Numbered from the stretch's first letter, positions 28,894 to 41,100 are shown. The stretch is 64,000 nt of DNA from an uncultured Clostridia bacterium (GCA_947631575.1 CANRLW010000005.1:4264-68263); one strand, 5' to 3'. The notes: a model not told the origin generated them from the letters alone. Translations and numbers: made by a program.

Positions 28894-29922
28894 TTACAGC
28901 ATGTCAGCTATTTCATAAATCAGCTTTTCGGATTTTTCCCAGCCAAGGCAAGGGTCGGTTATGGACTTTCCGTAAACGCCCTCCTCTATCTTCTGGCAGC
29001 CGTCTTCAATATAGCTCTCTATCATCAGACCCTTTACCATTTTTCCTATCTCTGCGGAGTGGCGCATGGAATGGAGGACTTCTTTAGCTATCCTTATCTG
29101 TTCGAGATACTGTTTGCCCGAATTTGAATGGTTTGTATCAACGATGACCGCGGGATTTTTAAGCCCCTTTTCATTGTACAAATCGCAGCACAACTTCAGA
29201 TCCTCGAAATGATAGTTCGGGATAGTTTGTCCGTGTTTGTTCTGTGCGCCGCGAAGAATTGCATGTGCAAGGGGATTCCCGTCAGAAGTTACCTCCCAGC
29301 CTCTGTAAAGGAATGTATGAGATGCCTGCGCCGCCTGAATTGAATTGAACATAACGGAAAGTGTTCCGCTTGTGGGGTTTTTCATTCCTACCGCGCATTC
29401 CATTCCCGACGCGACAAGCCTGTGATGCTGGTCTTCTACAGAACGCGCACCTACTGCGACATAAGAAAGTATATCCGAAAGATAGCGATAGTTTTCGGGA
29501 TAAAGCATTTCATCGGCAGTAGTCAGATGTGTTTCCTCGATAACTTTAGTATGGAGCTCGCGGATCTTTATTATTCCTTCAAGCATATCCTCGCCCTTTG
29601 TCGGGTCAGGCTGGTGTAACATTCCCTTATAGCCCATGCCGTTTGTGCGGGGCTTTCCCGTATACACGCGCGGAATAACAACAATTTTATCCTTTACCTT
29701 TTCCGCGACCTTTGCGAGGCGTGTTGTATAATCAAGCACAGACACCTCATTATCCGCCGAGCAAGGTCCGATTATAAGCAGAAACTTATCCGACGCTCCC
29801 GTCAGCACGTCGGCTATTTCCTTATCGCGCTCGGCTTTTACGGAAAGTACGATCTGAGAAAGCGGGTACATCTTTTTAATTTCCTGAGGAATAGGAAGTT
29901 TTCTTTTAAATGTCATTGACAT
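28894..29922 (-). CDS. aroF: Class I DAHP synthase
   Basis: IGPCSA, RVYTGKPRT, AVGARS, GMKNPT, HAILRG, VDTNHSNS, GKSITDPCLGWE. Confidence 0.92.
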   Translation of the reverse strand: MSMTFKRKLPIPQEIKKMYPLSQIVLSVKAERDKEIADVLTGASDKFLLIIGPCSADNEVSVLDYTTRLAKVAEKVKDKIVVIPRVYTGKPRTNGMGYKGMLHQPDPTKGEDMLEGIIKIRELHTKVIEETHLTTADEMLYPENYRYLSDILSYVAVGARSVEDQHHRLVASGMECAVGMKNPTSGTLSVMFNSIQAAQASHTFLYRGWEVTSDGNPLAHAILRGAQNKHGQTIPNYHFEDLKLCCDLYNEKGLKNPAVIVDTNHSNSGKQYLEQIRIAKEVLHSMRHSAEIGKMVKGLMIESYIEDGCQKIEEGVYGKSITDPCLGWEKSEKLIYEIADML

Positions 29923-30075
29923 AGCTTTATTTCTCCTTTACATATAATCATGTATATTATAACACTTTTGCCGCAAATTGTCAATGCCTGTATATAGACA
30001 TATACGAATTTAAAAATATTTTGAAAAAGCTATTGACAATTTTTTTAATGTGTGATATAATTCTATTGTTGTGAT

Positions 30076-30151
30076 GCTGATATAGCTCAGTTGGTAGAGC
30101 ACATCCTTGGTAAGGATGAGGTCATCAGTTCGACTCTGATTATCAGCTCCA
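30076..30151 (+). tRNA. tRNA-Thr(GGT)
   Basis: GCTGATA acceptor / TATCAGC-TCCA, D-loop TAGCTCAGTTGGTAGAGC, anticodon loop TTGGTAA, GTTCGA; upstream TTGACA-17-TATAAT. Confidence 0.96.
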
Positions 30152-30238
30152 CGCATTGAACCCCGCTGTTTCACAGCGGGGTTCAACACTGCACATTTTT
30201 ACTTTCCATTGCCCTAATGGCAATGGAATTTTTGCTAC

Positions 30239-30825
30239 GCAAAAACCGTAAAAATGCGCTGGTAGACAGTATACAGTGTACGCATTATCCGCCTTCGGCG
30301 GAAAACGCTATGTACAGTAGTCAGTAATATGTGTCCGCAAACGCGGACTTTTTTTGATTGTTTTTAGAATTTAACCTCTTATTTCTTTTATAACAAACTT
30401 GCTTTAATTCGGGAAACAGCTTTTGGATCCTAACTCTAACTTCTTACCTCTAATTTCTAACCTCTAAAAGCGCAAAAACCGTAAAAATGCGCCGGCAGAC
30501 AGTATACAGTGTACGCATTATCCGCTCGGCGGAAAACGCTATGTACAGTAGTCAGTTATGGTGTCCGCCTTGCGGCGGATTTTTTTAGATTGTTTTTAGC
30601 TGATAGGCACACGAACCGTAAAACGGGTAAACGTGGTTCTTTTCAAACGTTGTTTCTCTCAATAACGCTCACTCGCCCTATCCCCCTTCCCCTTCCCCGA
30701 AGGGAAAGGGGGGATATGCGGGGCGCTGGCGCGCCCCGTACCCCGCCTTGGGCGCAGCCTCCTCGAAACCCTGAAAAAAACTTTTTATACAGACTGAGGT
30801 TAGAGTTCAAACTCTAACCTCTTAT
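30239..30825. repeat. Repeat cluster downstream of tRNA-Thr: two about 129-bp direct repeats (30239-30367, 30472-30599), heptamer module C, module B, MITE-like end
   Basis: GCAAAAACCGTAAAAATGCGC...GTACGCATTATCCGC...TTGTTTTTAG repeated at 233-bp offset. Confidence 0.88.
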
Positions 30826-30840
30826 TGTATAAATCGTTGA

Positions 30841-31965
30841 TCAATAACTCATAAACCTGTTCTTTATCCACTTTCCGCTTTCGGACAGTTCGTTGTCCGA
30901 CCAGTTTCCGTTTGCTCCGGCAGAACCCAATATAGCGCAACAGGTCTCGTTTTTGTTTGCAAGCGCCCAGTTGCAGTAGCTTATGTTCAATTCATCGAGA
31001 AGGTCAAGCCATTTCGTTGTTTCCGAGAAATTGTTTCCGCCGCCGCCCGAGGCGTCGCAGCAGCCAAACTCCGAAACAAACACGGGCAGCCCTCCCTCAA
31101 CGCAGCTTTTCAGCTTGTTTCTAAGATCGTCCCTGTGCGTATCGGCATAGAAATGAAGTGCATACATTACGTTGTCATAGTTTAATCTGTCCGAAAGCGC
31201 CTGATCAATGTCCTGGCTCCATGTGGGAGTTCCGACGATTATCACCGCATCTGGGTCGTTTGCTCTGATAACGGGTATAACTTTTTCGGCATAGGGCTTT
31301 ACATTACCGCCCCAGCTTGCTCCGCTGTTAGGCTCGTTGCATATCTCATAGATAACGTTCGGCTTGTCGGCATACTTCTTTGAAACGCTGTCAAAAAACT
31401 CTATAGATTCGTTTGTGTATTTCAGCGGATCGCCGGGATTTAAAACGTGCCAGTCTATTATAGCGTACATATCCAGCTTTATGCAAAGATCTACGCCCTT
31501 TTCGAGCAGATCGCGGCTGCCTTGCTTGTTATTCATATAGCACTGTCCGTTGTTCCATTCATCGACGTACATCGCCAAACGCACTACGTTTGTTTTCCAT
31601 TCATCACGCAGCGTCAGAAAAGCCTGTTCGTTTACAAAATCGGGAAACCATGTCAGTCCGTGGGTGCTCATTCCCCTGAGCTGATAGGGGTTGCCGTTTT
31701 TATCGACTAAGTTTGTTCCGTTTACTGAAAGCTGTCCGTGTACGGAAACGGGAGTGCCGCTTTCGGGAATATCCGAGCTGTTTTCTTCCGAATTGCTTTC
31801 GCTGTCCTGCGTGCTGTCTGTTATATCCGAGCTGTTATTCGGTTCACTTTCCGAAACGCTTGATGAATTGCCGCCCTGCGGTGTGCTGAACTCTCTGTGA
31901 CAGCCACAGAGCATTGTTATTGACATAAACAGCGCAAGCACAAGTTTTCCTGTTGTCTTTTTCAT
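30841..31965 (-). CDS. GH5 (subfamily 2-like) endoglucanase lipoprotein
   Basis: Lipobox LCGC, Ser-rich linker, GMSTHGL, IDWH, YEICNEP (acid/base), LHFYA, FVSEFG (nucleophile). Confidence 0.9.
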   Translation of the reverse strand: MKKTTGKLVLALFMSITMLCGCHREFSTPQGGNSSSVSESEPNNSSDITDSTQDSESNSEENSSDIPESGTPVSVHGQLSVNGTNLVDKNGNPYQLRGMSTHGLTWFPDFVNEQAFLTLRDEWKTNVVRLAMYVDEWNNGQCYMNNKQGSRDLLEKGVDLCIKLDMYAIIDWHVLNPGDPLKYTNESIEFFDSVSKKYADKPNVIYEICNEPNSGASWGGNVKPYAEKVIPVIRANDPDAVIIVGTPTWSQDIDQALSDRLNYDNVMYALHFYADTHRDDLRNKLKSCVEGGLPVFVSEFGCCDASGGGGNNFSETTKWLDLLDELNISYCNWALANKNETCCAILGSAGANGNWSDNELSESGKWIKNRFMSY

Positions 31966-32023
31966 ATATTTCCTCCTAAAAAATGTTCCTATCTTTTGTT
32001 CAATACAAATATACATTATATTT

Positions 32024-32233
32024 CAGACTGTATATAAAGCCCAATTTGTGGTTCTTTTTAAACGATATTTCTCTCAATAACACTCACTCGCCCTAACCCC
32101 CTGCCCCCTTCCCCGAAGGGGAAGGGGGAGAATTGCGGGGGCTACCGCCCCCGCAACCCCTGTTGGTAGTGTACTCAGTGTCCGCAATTGGCGGATAACC
32201 ATACAACACAAATAGGGCTCTACCTAAAGTCTG
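32024..32233. mobile_element. MITE-like element with imperfect 25-bp terminal inverted repeats
   Basis: CAGACTGTATATAAAGCCCAATTTG ... CAAATAGGGCTCTACCTAAAGTCTG; interior carries modules B and D; 14-bp direct repeat TATACATTATATTT at 32010 and 32243. Confidence 0.65.
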
Positions 32234-32414
32234 CAATATAATTATACATTATATTTTTGAAAATTACAAGTAGTATTGTAAAAAATATACATACTGTCCA
32301 TTATAAAATAAATCATTGACAAATACCGACATATTGTGATATACTGTTCTTTACGGAATTGTAAATTACCGTTACAATATAAATAAAGAACGGGTCATAT
32401 TTTGGAGGCAAAAA

Positions 32415-33983
32415 ATGGAAAATAATAATGATAACGAGGTATTGTCGCTTATACCCAAGAGGAAAAAAGGACTTCTACGTATAATATTCAGCAGGATAGG
32501 TCTTGTGGCATTATTGCTTATTATTGAACTGGGCATATTGTTTTCTTTTTATCACTGGTTCTCGGAATATTTCAAGTGGTTTGCGCTGGTGCAGGCGCTG
32601 TTTTCCGTGGGCATGGTACTGTATTTGTTCAACAGCTCAATGGACGCTTCGGCAAAGCTGACGTGGCTGTTTCTGATAATGCTTTTCCCCGTGCCCGCGA
32701 CAATAATGCTCTGGTATACGCAGATGGACGTTGGACACAGACTGACAAAACAGCGCGTTTCGGAGCTTATAAAACAAAGCCGCGGAATAATTAAACAGGA
32801 CGAAGAAACAATAAACCGCACCGAGCTGGTTTCATCGGGCACGGACGACCTTTGCCGCTATCTCAGCCGCTCGGGAGATTTCCCGATATTTGAAGATACC
32901 GAGGTAAAATATTTTCCGCTTGGCGAGGATAAATTTGCCGCAATGCTCGAAGAGCTGAAGAAAGCGGAAAAGTTTATTTTCATGGAATACTTTATAGTTG
33001 ACGAGGGGTATATGTGGGGAAGTATATTGAAAATACTTGCCGACAAAGCCGCGCAGGGCGTAGACGTCAGAGTGATGTATGACGGAATGTGCGAGGTGAG
33101 CCTTCTGCCGCATGATTATCCCAAGCGCATGGAAAAACTCGGCATAAAGTGCAAGCCCTTTACGCCCATAGCTCCCTTTATTTCTACCGAGTATAACTAC
33201 CGCGACCACAGAAAGATACTTGTTATAGACGGAAAGACCGCCTTTAACGGGGGCGTTAATTTAGCGGACGAGTACATAAACAAGATAGAGCGTTTCGGTC
33301 ACTGGAAAGACACAGCCCTTATGATAAAGGGAAAAGCCGTAAAGAGCTTTACGCTCATGTTCTTGCAGATGTGGAACATAGACGAAAAAGAACCGAAGTG
33401 GGACGAGTGCCTTATTGAACACAAAGCACAGACTGACGGCTTTGTAATGCCGTATGGAGACTGCCCTCTTGATGAAGACAAGGTCGGCGAAATGGTCTAT
33501 ATGGATATACTGAACAGGGCGAAGAGCTATGTGCATATCATGACGCCGTATCTTATACTTGACAATGAGCTTGAGACCGCGCTTAAATTTGCCGCACAGA
33601 GGGGAGTTGACGTTCGGATAATTCTCCCCGGTATCCCCGACAAAAAAGCGGCTTATGCCCTGGCAAAATCACACTACAAGTCGCTCATCGGCGCGGGAGT
33701 AAAGCTCTACGAATACACGCCGGGCTTTGTGCATGCAAAGGTGTTTGTAAGCGACGATGAAAAAGCCGTAGTCGGAACGATAAACCTCGATTACAGAAGT
33801 CTTTATCATCACTTTGAATGTGCGACATATATGTATAAGACAAGTTGTATCCCCGACATAAAGAGCGATTTTGAAGAAACGCTTTTAAAATGCCGCGAGG
33901 TCACGGAAGAAACAATACGCCACGAAAAGCGCTATTATAAAATTGTCGGCGGCTTGATGAAAATAGTAGCTCCGCTTTTGTGA
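32415..33983 (+). CDS. cls: Cardiolipin synthase
   Basis: Two HKD motifs (DHRKILVIDG, VHAKVFVSDD), N-terminal TM segments. Confidence 0.92.
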   Translation: MENNNDNEVLSLIPKRKKGLLRIIFSRIGLVALLLIIELGILFSFYHWFSEYFKWFALVQALFSVGMVLYLFNSSMDASAKLTWLFLIMLFPVPATIMLWYTQMDVGHRLTKQRVSELIKQSRGIIKQDEETINRTELVSSGTDDLCRYLSRSGDFPIFEDTEVKYFPLGEDKFAAMLEELKKAEKFIFMEYFIVDEGYMWGSILKILADKAAQGVDVRVMYDGMCEVSLLPHDYPKRMEKLGIKCKPFTPIAPFISTEYNYRDHRKILVIDGKTAFNGGVNLADEYINKIERFGHWKDTALMIKGKAVKSFTLMFLQMWNIDEKEPKWDECLIEHKAQTDGFVMPYGDCPLDEDKVGEMVYMDILNRAKSYVHIMTPYLILDNELETALKFAAQRGVDVRIILPGIPDKKAAYALAKSHYKSLIGAGVKLYEYTPGFVHAKVFVSDDEKAVVGTINLDYRSLYHHFECATYMYKTSCIPDIKSDFEETLLKCREVTEETIRHEKRYYKIVGGLMKIVAPLL

Positions 33984-34032
33984 AATCACAAAACATTAAC
34001 TATAATAAACATTTTTTTAATATAAAAAAGTA

Positions 34033-34061
34033 TTGACTTTTTGCTTTTTATACGGTATAAT
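34033..34061 (+). promoter_or_regulatory. Sigma-A promoter
   Basis: TTGACT-17-TATAAT. Confidence 0.7.
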
Positions 34062-34208
34062 AAGTTTTGTAAGAATATTCAGCTCCGACATAAGGCGGCA
34101 GTAGTTTTGAAGAAAATAATGCATACCATTGACGAAGAAAATGCTGTGGACATCATCATTGAGAACCATAGCGACGTGCTGAAAAGAATAAAAGAATAAG
34201 GTGATCAA

Positions 34209-34766
34209 ATGACATTTTTTACAAGCGATCTGCATTTTGGACATGCAAACATAATTAAACACTGTAACCGTCCGTTTTCAAGCGTTGAGGAAATGGATGA
34301 AACTCTTATCACAAACTGGAATGCCCGCGTTAAAGACAGCGACAACGTGTATATTCTGGGCGATCTGATGTTCAGGAATACCATACCGCCCGATGATTAT
34401 TTAAAGCGCCTCAAGGGCAAAAAGCACCTTATTGTTGGAAACCACGACAGTAGCTGGATGAAAAACGCGGATCTCGGCAAGTATTTCATAAGCGTAGACA
34501 ATATGCTTTATATTGCCACCGGAAAGGAGCAATGCGTTTTGTGTCATTATCCCATGCTTGCATGGCTCCACGAACACAAGAGCTTTATGGTTTTCGGGCA
34601 TATCCACAACAACACCGACCAGACCTTCTGGCCTTATATTGAGCAGTCTGACGTTATGTTCAACGCAGGCGTAGACGTAAACCATTTCTTCCCCGTGACT
34701 TTTGATGAAATGGTAGAAAACAACAGAGAGTTTAAAAAGCTCATAAGCGAGCGGAGAAAGGGTTGA
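34209..34766 (+). CDS. Calcineurin-like metallophosphoesterase
   Basis: SDLHFGH, LGDL, GNHD, LCHYP, FGHIH, NAGVD. Confidence 0.88.
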   Translation: MTFFTSDLHFGHANIIKHCNRPFSSVEEMDETLITNWNARVKDSDNVYILGDLMFRNTIPPDDYLKRLKGKKHLIVGNHDSSWMKNADLGKYFISVDNMLYIATGKEQCVLCHYPMLAWLHEHKSFMVFGHIHNNTDQTFWPYIEQSDVMFNAGVDVNHFFPVTFDEMVENNREFKKLISERRKG

Positions 34767-34879
34767 CTCTTGTTGTTGAAAAGCAAAGGCTGTTTATTCT
34801 TTCGCGGCTTTAATTGCCCGAGAGTTGAACAGCCTTTTTCAAATTGATTTGACAATACAATAAGAAAGTAGAGCTATCA

Positions 34880-35089
34880 ATGATATATTATTACTCAGAC
34901 CAACTGAAAAACTACATCACACAATTAAAACGGCAGATAATGGAGCAAACAGGGCAGGTATACGAGCGGGATTTAGTCAATGATATCCGCAAGTATTGGT
35001 ATCGCGGAAAATCTCATTTCAGACAGTGTGAAATGATGTTTCACATTTATGAAGGGTATCCTTTATTGATTATCCAAAGGCTAATGTAG
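34880..35089 (+). CDS. Hypothetical protein (69 aa)
   Basis: ORF fills the gap before a terminator; weak RBS, no motif recognised. Confidence 0.35.
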   Translation: MIYYYSDQLKNYITQLKRQIMEQTGQVYERDLVNDIRKYWYRGKSHFRQCEMMFHIYEGYPLLIIQRLM

Positions 35090-35095
35090 ATTATA

Positions 35096-35134
35096 AAAAA
35101 GAGGGGCACTGCCATGGCTTGGCAGTGCCCTTGA
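35096..35134. terminator. Terminator between convergent genes
   Basis: GGGGCACTGCCA-TGGCT-TGGCAGTGCCC with flanking A run. Confidence 0.75.
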
Positions 35135-35146
35135 ATTAATTATTGC

Positions 35147-38100
35147 TTATTTTTTAGAACGTTTCTTTTTAAGAAACAGTGCGGTTGCCATTGCTAAAGT
35201 GGCTGTCGCAAACATCGTCAAATTCGGCAAAACACCTGTATGCGGATTATCATTATCATTATCACCGTCTACATCAGAATCATCGGAATCGTCAGAATCA
35301 TCAGAATCGTCGGAATCATTAGGATCATCAGGTTTGTAAGAATTGGTGAATGTAAGGTTCACTTCATCAAGGCCGTCAATGACCTGAAGAGTATAATGTT
35401 CATCATCACGCTTTACGCTGACAGTAACGGTATATTCACTTGTATCGTAAATTATTCCGTCATCTGCGTTGCTTAACTCGGTGATCGTAAATGTGTACTC
35501 TCCTTCATCCGTAAAGGTTATGTCGCCAAACGACGCTGTAGGAGCGTCCTTTGTAACAGTGACAGTAGCAATGTTGTCGGCGAATACAACGCTTTCTGCG
35601 TTGCCGCTTGTCAACGTAATTTCAAACGTGAAACTGTCGCCGTCTTTCCAGTTTTCCAGTACCTTGGTTATGATTATGGTACCTTTCGGCAGCTTTGCGT
35701 CATTAATGTAGTGGTTGACAAACTTCAGAGGATTCGTGCTGTCGCCGCTATCAACGCTTGCAACAAGTTTGCCGGTGCTTTCATCTGCGCGTACTTTAAC
35801 TGTTACTTTTTGTGATTTTGCGTAGATGATCTTATCATTTGTGCCTTCACGCTCGGTGACTGTAAATTCATAATCGCCTTCAGCCGTGAAGATTATCTTG
35901 TCAAAGGTAGCTGTTGGAACGTTCTTTGTAACGGTGAGGTAGGTAAGGTCGGGCATTATAACGTTCGCTGAATTTCCGTTTGTCAATGTAATATCAAACG
36001 TGAAACCGCCGTCATTGTCCTTCCAGCCGTCCAGTTCCTTTTCAACATAGATCGTTACATCAGTCTGTTCGGGCTTGTAGGTATTTGTAAAGCTGTAGCT
36101 ACCTGCCTCCTGAGTATATCCGCTCGAGTCCTGTTTCATTGCCGAAGGACTTACAACAAGCTCACCATTGCCATCACGTGTAACCACAACAGTTATGATG
36201 TACTGAGATAAGTCACATGTCATGTTGCCGCTGCTTTGAGTGGATTCTTTAAGGATAAACTTATAAGTGCCGGGATTTGTGAAGTTGACGCCCTCGAACG
36301 CCTTTTCCGCCTTTTTCAGCGAAACCACATCAGCAAATGTGAGCGTGATGTCATCAGGCATAGCGTCGGGTCCTACCTTATCGGGCGAATCGGGAGCAAG
36401 CGAAAGCGTAAAGGTAAATGCATCGCCGTCCTTCCAATATCTGCCGTCAATGGTCTTTTCCACAAGAGGAGGCCATGAAACTTCTGTGGAATAAGTGTTC
36501 GTAATTGTCAAATTGCTGTCGCTGCCGGTGTCTGTTCCACTGACGTCTGTAATAGTAAGCGTACCGTTTATGTCTTCTACTGTTACAGTTATCTTGTGAG
36601 GAGTGGTGTCATACTTGACAGCGCTTATATCGCCTTGCTTTTCTTGTACGGTGAATTCATACTTTCCGGCAGCCGTAAAGGTAACAGTCGGGAAGTCTAC
36701 GGTTTTGTGTTCGCTGTCTGCCGTTACGGTATTTTCCGCGTATTTAACACCGTCAGTTCTCGTGGGAGGAGTTATAGTGAAGTCGAATTTATAATTGCTT
36801 TCCCACGTCGGTTTGTAAGTAATGACCTTAGTGACTGAAGGAGTCCATGTAACGGGCTTGGGTTCATATTTGTTCACGAACTCAAATGTTACGTCGTCGA
36901 ATTTGTCTGAAACCTTGTTGTCTTCGTAGGTGATCGAGCTTATATTCAGAACTCCGTTTTCGTCGGTTACACTTACAGTGACTTTGTAAACGTGCTTGTC
37001 ATATGTCAAGCCGTTGCCGTCTGTGCCTACCTCGCTTACTGTGAAGGTATATGTGCCTGCCTTGGTGAACGTGATATCGCCAAAGCTCTTGATCTTTTCC
37101 GCATCTGTTCCATTGATGACAACCTTTCCGCCGTCAGCGAATGTTACATTTTCGGAAGTTCCGTCGAGCGCAATGCTGAATGTGAAACTGTCGGTGTCTT
37201 TCCAATTTCTGCCGCTAAGCGTCTTTGAAACCTTCGGAGCCCATTTTATTGAATTCGGCTTGTAGGTGTTCTTAAACGCCGCAACATTGTCTTTTGCTTG
37301 AGTACCGTCAGCATTAGTTACCTCGACTGTAGAACTAATTGTGCCGTCGCCGTTATCTGTAACTGTCACTTTGATATTGTACTTGGTCTTGTCGTAGATC
37401 ATTCCGTGAACATTGCCGCTGTCTTCTGTCAAAGTGAAGTTATAGACATTAGAATTGCCGCTGTCAAATGTGATGTTTTTGAAATTGATCTTAAAGATCT
37501 TCTTAGCTGCACTGCTCAGTCCGATTTCAGGAATTGAAACTCCGTCATAGTCACCATCCGGCGTAAGAGTGAATGTGAAGTTGTCGCCGTCCCACTCTTT
37601 GCCTTCAAGCGTTTTCTGAACAGTAAGCTCTGCTGCGCCTGACGCGGTATATTTGTTGGTGAAAGGAAGAACAACGTCTTTTGTCGGGTCATAGTCATCA
37701 CCATTTACCGTGATGCTTTCAATGTAAAGCTCGCCGTCCTTGTGTCCGGTTTCCGTGCCGTTATAGCTCTTTACCGTTACGACAATTCTGTATGCCTTGG
37801 TGTCCTTTGTAAGTCCCTTTGCTGCCTGATCGGAAGTGAGCTCTTCGTTAACAGTGAAAGTATACTCGCCAATTTCAACAAACCTTATCGTATTAAATGA
37901 TTTGCTTTCACTGCTTACGACAGAGGTAGTAGTATCCGTCGGCATAATTATCTTATTTTTATCAACGACGCCATTGTATGTGATACGGAATTTAAAGCTG
38001 TCGCCTTTTACCCAATCTCTGCCGCTAAGCGTTTTCTGAACGCTAGGCTTCCAATCGACTGCTTTATGAGAATGATGATTTACAAAAGTCAGCTGAACAT

Positions 38101-41100
38101 TTTCTGCGCTTGATCCTGTCCATGTTTCATCAACACCTGCATGATCGGCGTCGGTATCATGCTCAACACTTGTTATAACCAAATTTCCTTTATTGTCGCT
38201 GCCTACATGAACAGTCAGTATATGCTCGGTGGAATCATACAAAATTCCTCCTGCTGTGCCCTGTTCTTCATAAACTTTAAAGGTATAGTCTCCTTTTTTA
38301 TTGAAAGTTATCGTGTCGAAGTAAGCAGACCTTACGCCTTCTGTATTTTTACTATTCTTGTCGATTTGGATATAATTTTTCGTCGGCATATCAACATTTG
38401 TTCCATAGTCATTTTCAGGACTTATGAAGAATTTAAACACATCAATGCCGTCGAGCCAATCGCCCTCTCTGCCTTCAAGTATTTTGTTTATCGAGACAGT
38501 CCAGTCGACAGGTTTGTCTGTATAGGTATTTGTAAAGCTGAACGTGTGACCGTCAACATCTTTTCTTGCAATTGTGGTCGTGCCATAGGAAATGCTGTCT
38601 ACATAAAGCTCACCCTTATCAAGGTCGTCGCCTATCGTAACGGTCACGTTGTAAACATTCTTGTCGTATGTAAGACCGTTGCCGTCTGTGCCTGCCTCGC
38701 TTATGGTGAATCCATATGTGCCTGCCTCGGTGAATTCGATCGCCTCAAAGCTTGCATCAGCAGGAGTATTTGTGCCGATAGTGCCTGAAACGGTTGCCTC
38801 GGTGTTAGCAGGCATTTTCACGCCGTTTGCGGGTTCTCCCGTGATAGGAGTATGCTCAATGTTGAATGTGAATTTATCGCCTTTTATCCAGTTTCTGCCA
38901 ATAAGCGTCTTTGATACATTCGGAGTCCAGCTTGTAGAAGTAGCCTTATAAGTGTTTGTGAATGCCGCAACATCGTCTTCTGTTCCAACTACCTTGACCG
39001 CTGTTTCAAGTTTGCCATCGTGGTCTTCATCGGTAACAGTAACTTCGATCGTGTACACGGTCTCATCATAGGTCATTCCGGGATATTTGCTGCTGTCGTC
39101 CTCTTCCAAAGTGAAGGTATAGGTCTTTTGGGTTTCTCTTTCACTGAATGCGATATCTTCAAATACGATCTCAAACGTTGATTCTCCGTCTTTGGTCAGC
39201 TCAATGCTATCGGGAAGTGTAATTGTGCCTTTAGGATTGCCGGTGGCAGGTGTAAGAGTGAATGAGAACTTGTCGCCATCTTTCCACTTTCTGCCGTCGA
39301 TCGTCTTTTGGAATTTAACACTTGCTTTACCGGACGCGGTATATTTGTTCGTGAAAGAAAGAACTACATTTGTCGGGTCACACTCTTCACCATTTACTTT
39401 TAAGTTATCAATGTAAAGCTTACCGTCCTCACGGCTCTTAACCGTCACTATGATCGTGTATACGGTAGGATCCTTTGTAAGACCCTTTGCTATCTGCTCG
39501 GCTGTGAGATTATTCTCGGAAACGGTGAATACATAAGTTCCGATCTCATGGAAAGTGATAGTCGGGAATGAAGTTTTTGTATTTTCGTTTTTAACTGTTG
39601 CCGAACTCTTTTCATTAATATTTACTTTGTGGGTATTCGGATCATATACTAATTCTACTTCTCCTTCAACTTGCTCGCCTTTGTATTCAAGTGTAAAGTT
39701 GAAGTTGTCGCCGTCCCAAACTCTGCCTTCAAGATCTTTTGTTACAGAAGGCGTGAACGAAATAGCACCGTGATGATGAGTGTTTGTGAATTGCAGCTTG
39801 ATTTCTGTTTTATCATCATATGCTTTGTCATTGCAAGACACAGATTCGATGTACAGTTTGCCTTCATTATTGTCCGAAACAATTACAGTAATATTGTAAA
39901 CAGTTTCGTCATAATGCATTCCGCCAACTGAACCCTTTGTTTCTTTTACCGTGAATTTGTATGTGCCGGCTTTGGTGAAGATTATTGTTCCAAAACTGCC
40001 GACTCTGAACGGGCTGTCGTCCTCTTTCAACGGTGATTTCATATCGAGAATTACGGACGTTTTATTATCTTCGAATTCTACATTTGCGGGATTATTTTCA
40101 CCGGGTTCTATTGTAAACTCGAAATTGTCAACATCGGTCCAGTCTTTATCTCTGCCTGTTTCTTCTTGGTCGTAGATCTCCTTTTCAACGGTAACAGTCC
40201 AGCCAACGGGTTCAGGTTCATAATTGTTCTCGAACTCTAAGGTTATGCCGTCGAAATTGCTTTCAACCGTTATTTCATTATCTTCCTTGTCCTTATAAAC
40301 GATACTGGTTATCTTCAGGTTGCCCAGCTTGTCGTCTTCGACTGTGACTTCAACGGAGTAAACATAATCGTCATATGTCAAGCCTTTGTCGTCAGTGCCG
40401 TCCTCGCTTATAGCGAAAGTATATTCTCCTGCCTTGTTGAAAGTGATCGTGCCAAAGCTCTTGGTCTTTTCCTCATCTGTTCCATAAATGGTAACAGACT
40501 TCTCAGCAAATGTTAAATTGCCGGAAATTCCTCTGGAGAGATTGAGGTTGAATGTGAAACTGTCGCTCTCTACCCAATCTCTGCCGATGAGCGCCTTTGA
40601 TACCGTCGGAGTCCAGCTTGTAGAAGTCGGAACATACTTATTTACTACCTCTACTACATCTGTTTCTTCTTCATCATCATTTACTTTGACTGACGTACTA
40701 ATTGTACCGTCGCCGTTATCGGTAACGGTTACATTGATCTCAATTACGTCGCTATAAGTCATTCCGGGATATTTGCTGCTGTCGTCCTCTTCCAAAGTGA
40801 AGGTATAGACCTTAGACTTTCCGTCCTTGAAATCAATGTTATCAAAAGTGATCGTCAACGACTTAGGATCTGCGCTGTCCAGCTCAAAACTGCTTTCAGA
40901 AACTTTAACTCCGGAATATACTTCCTTAGGAGTAAGGGTGAATGAGAACTTGTCGCCGTTCCACTCTCTGCCTTCGATCGTTTTCTTAACGTCAAACGTT
41001 GCCTCGCCTGACGCGGTATATTTGTTGGTGAAAGGAAGAACAACGTTAGTTGAATCAGACTTTTCGCCGTTGACTGTTACGCTTTCAATGTAAAGCTTGC

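Noticed and set aside
30239-30599. Two 129-bp direct repeats as a possible CRISPR array
   Set aside because: Only two units, far too long for CRISPR repeats, and the intervening DNA is itself repeat module C.
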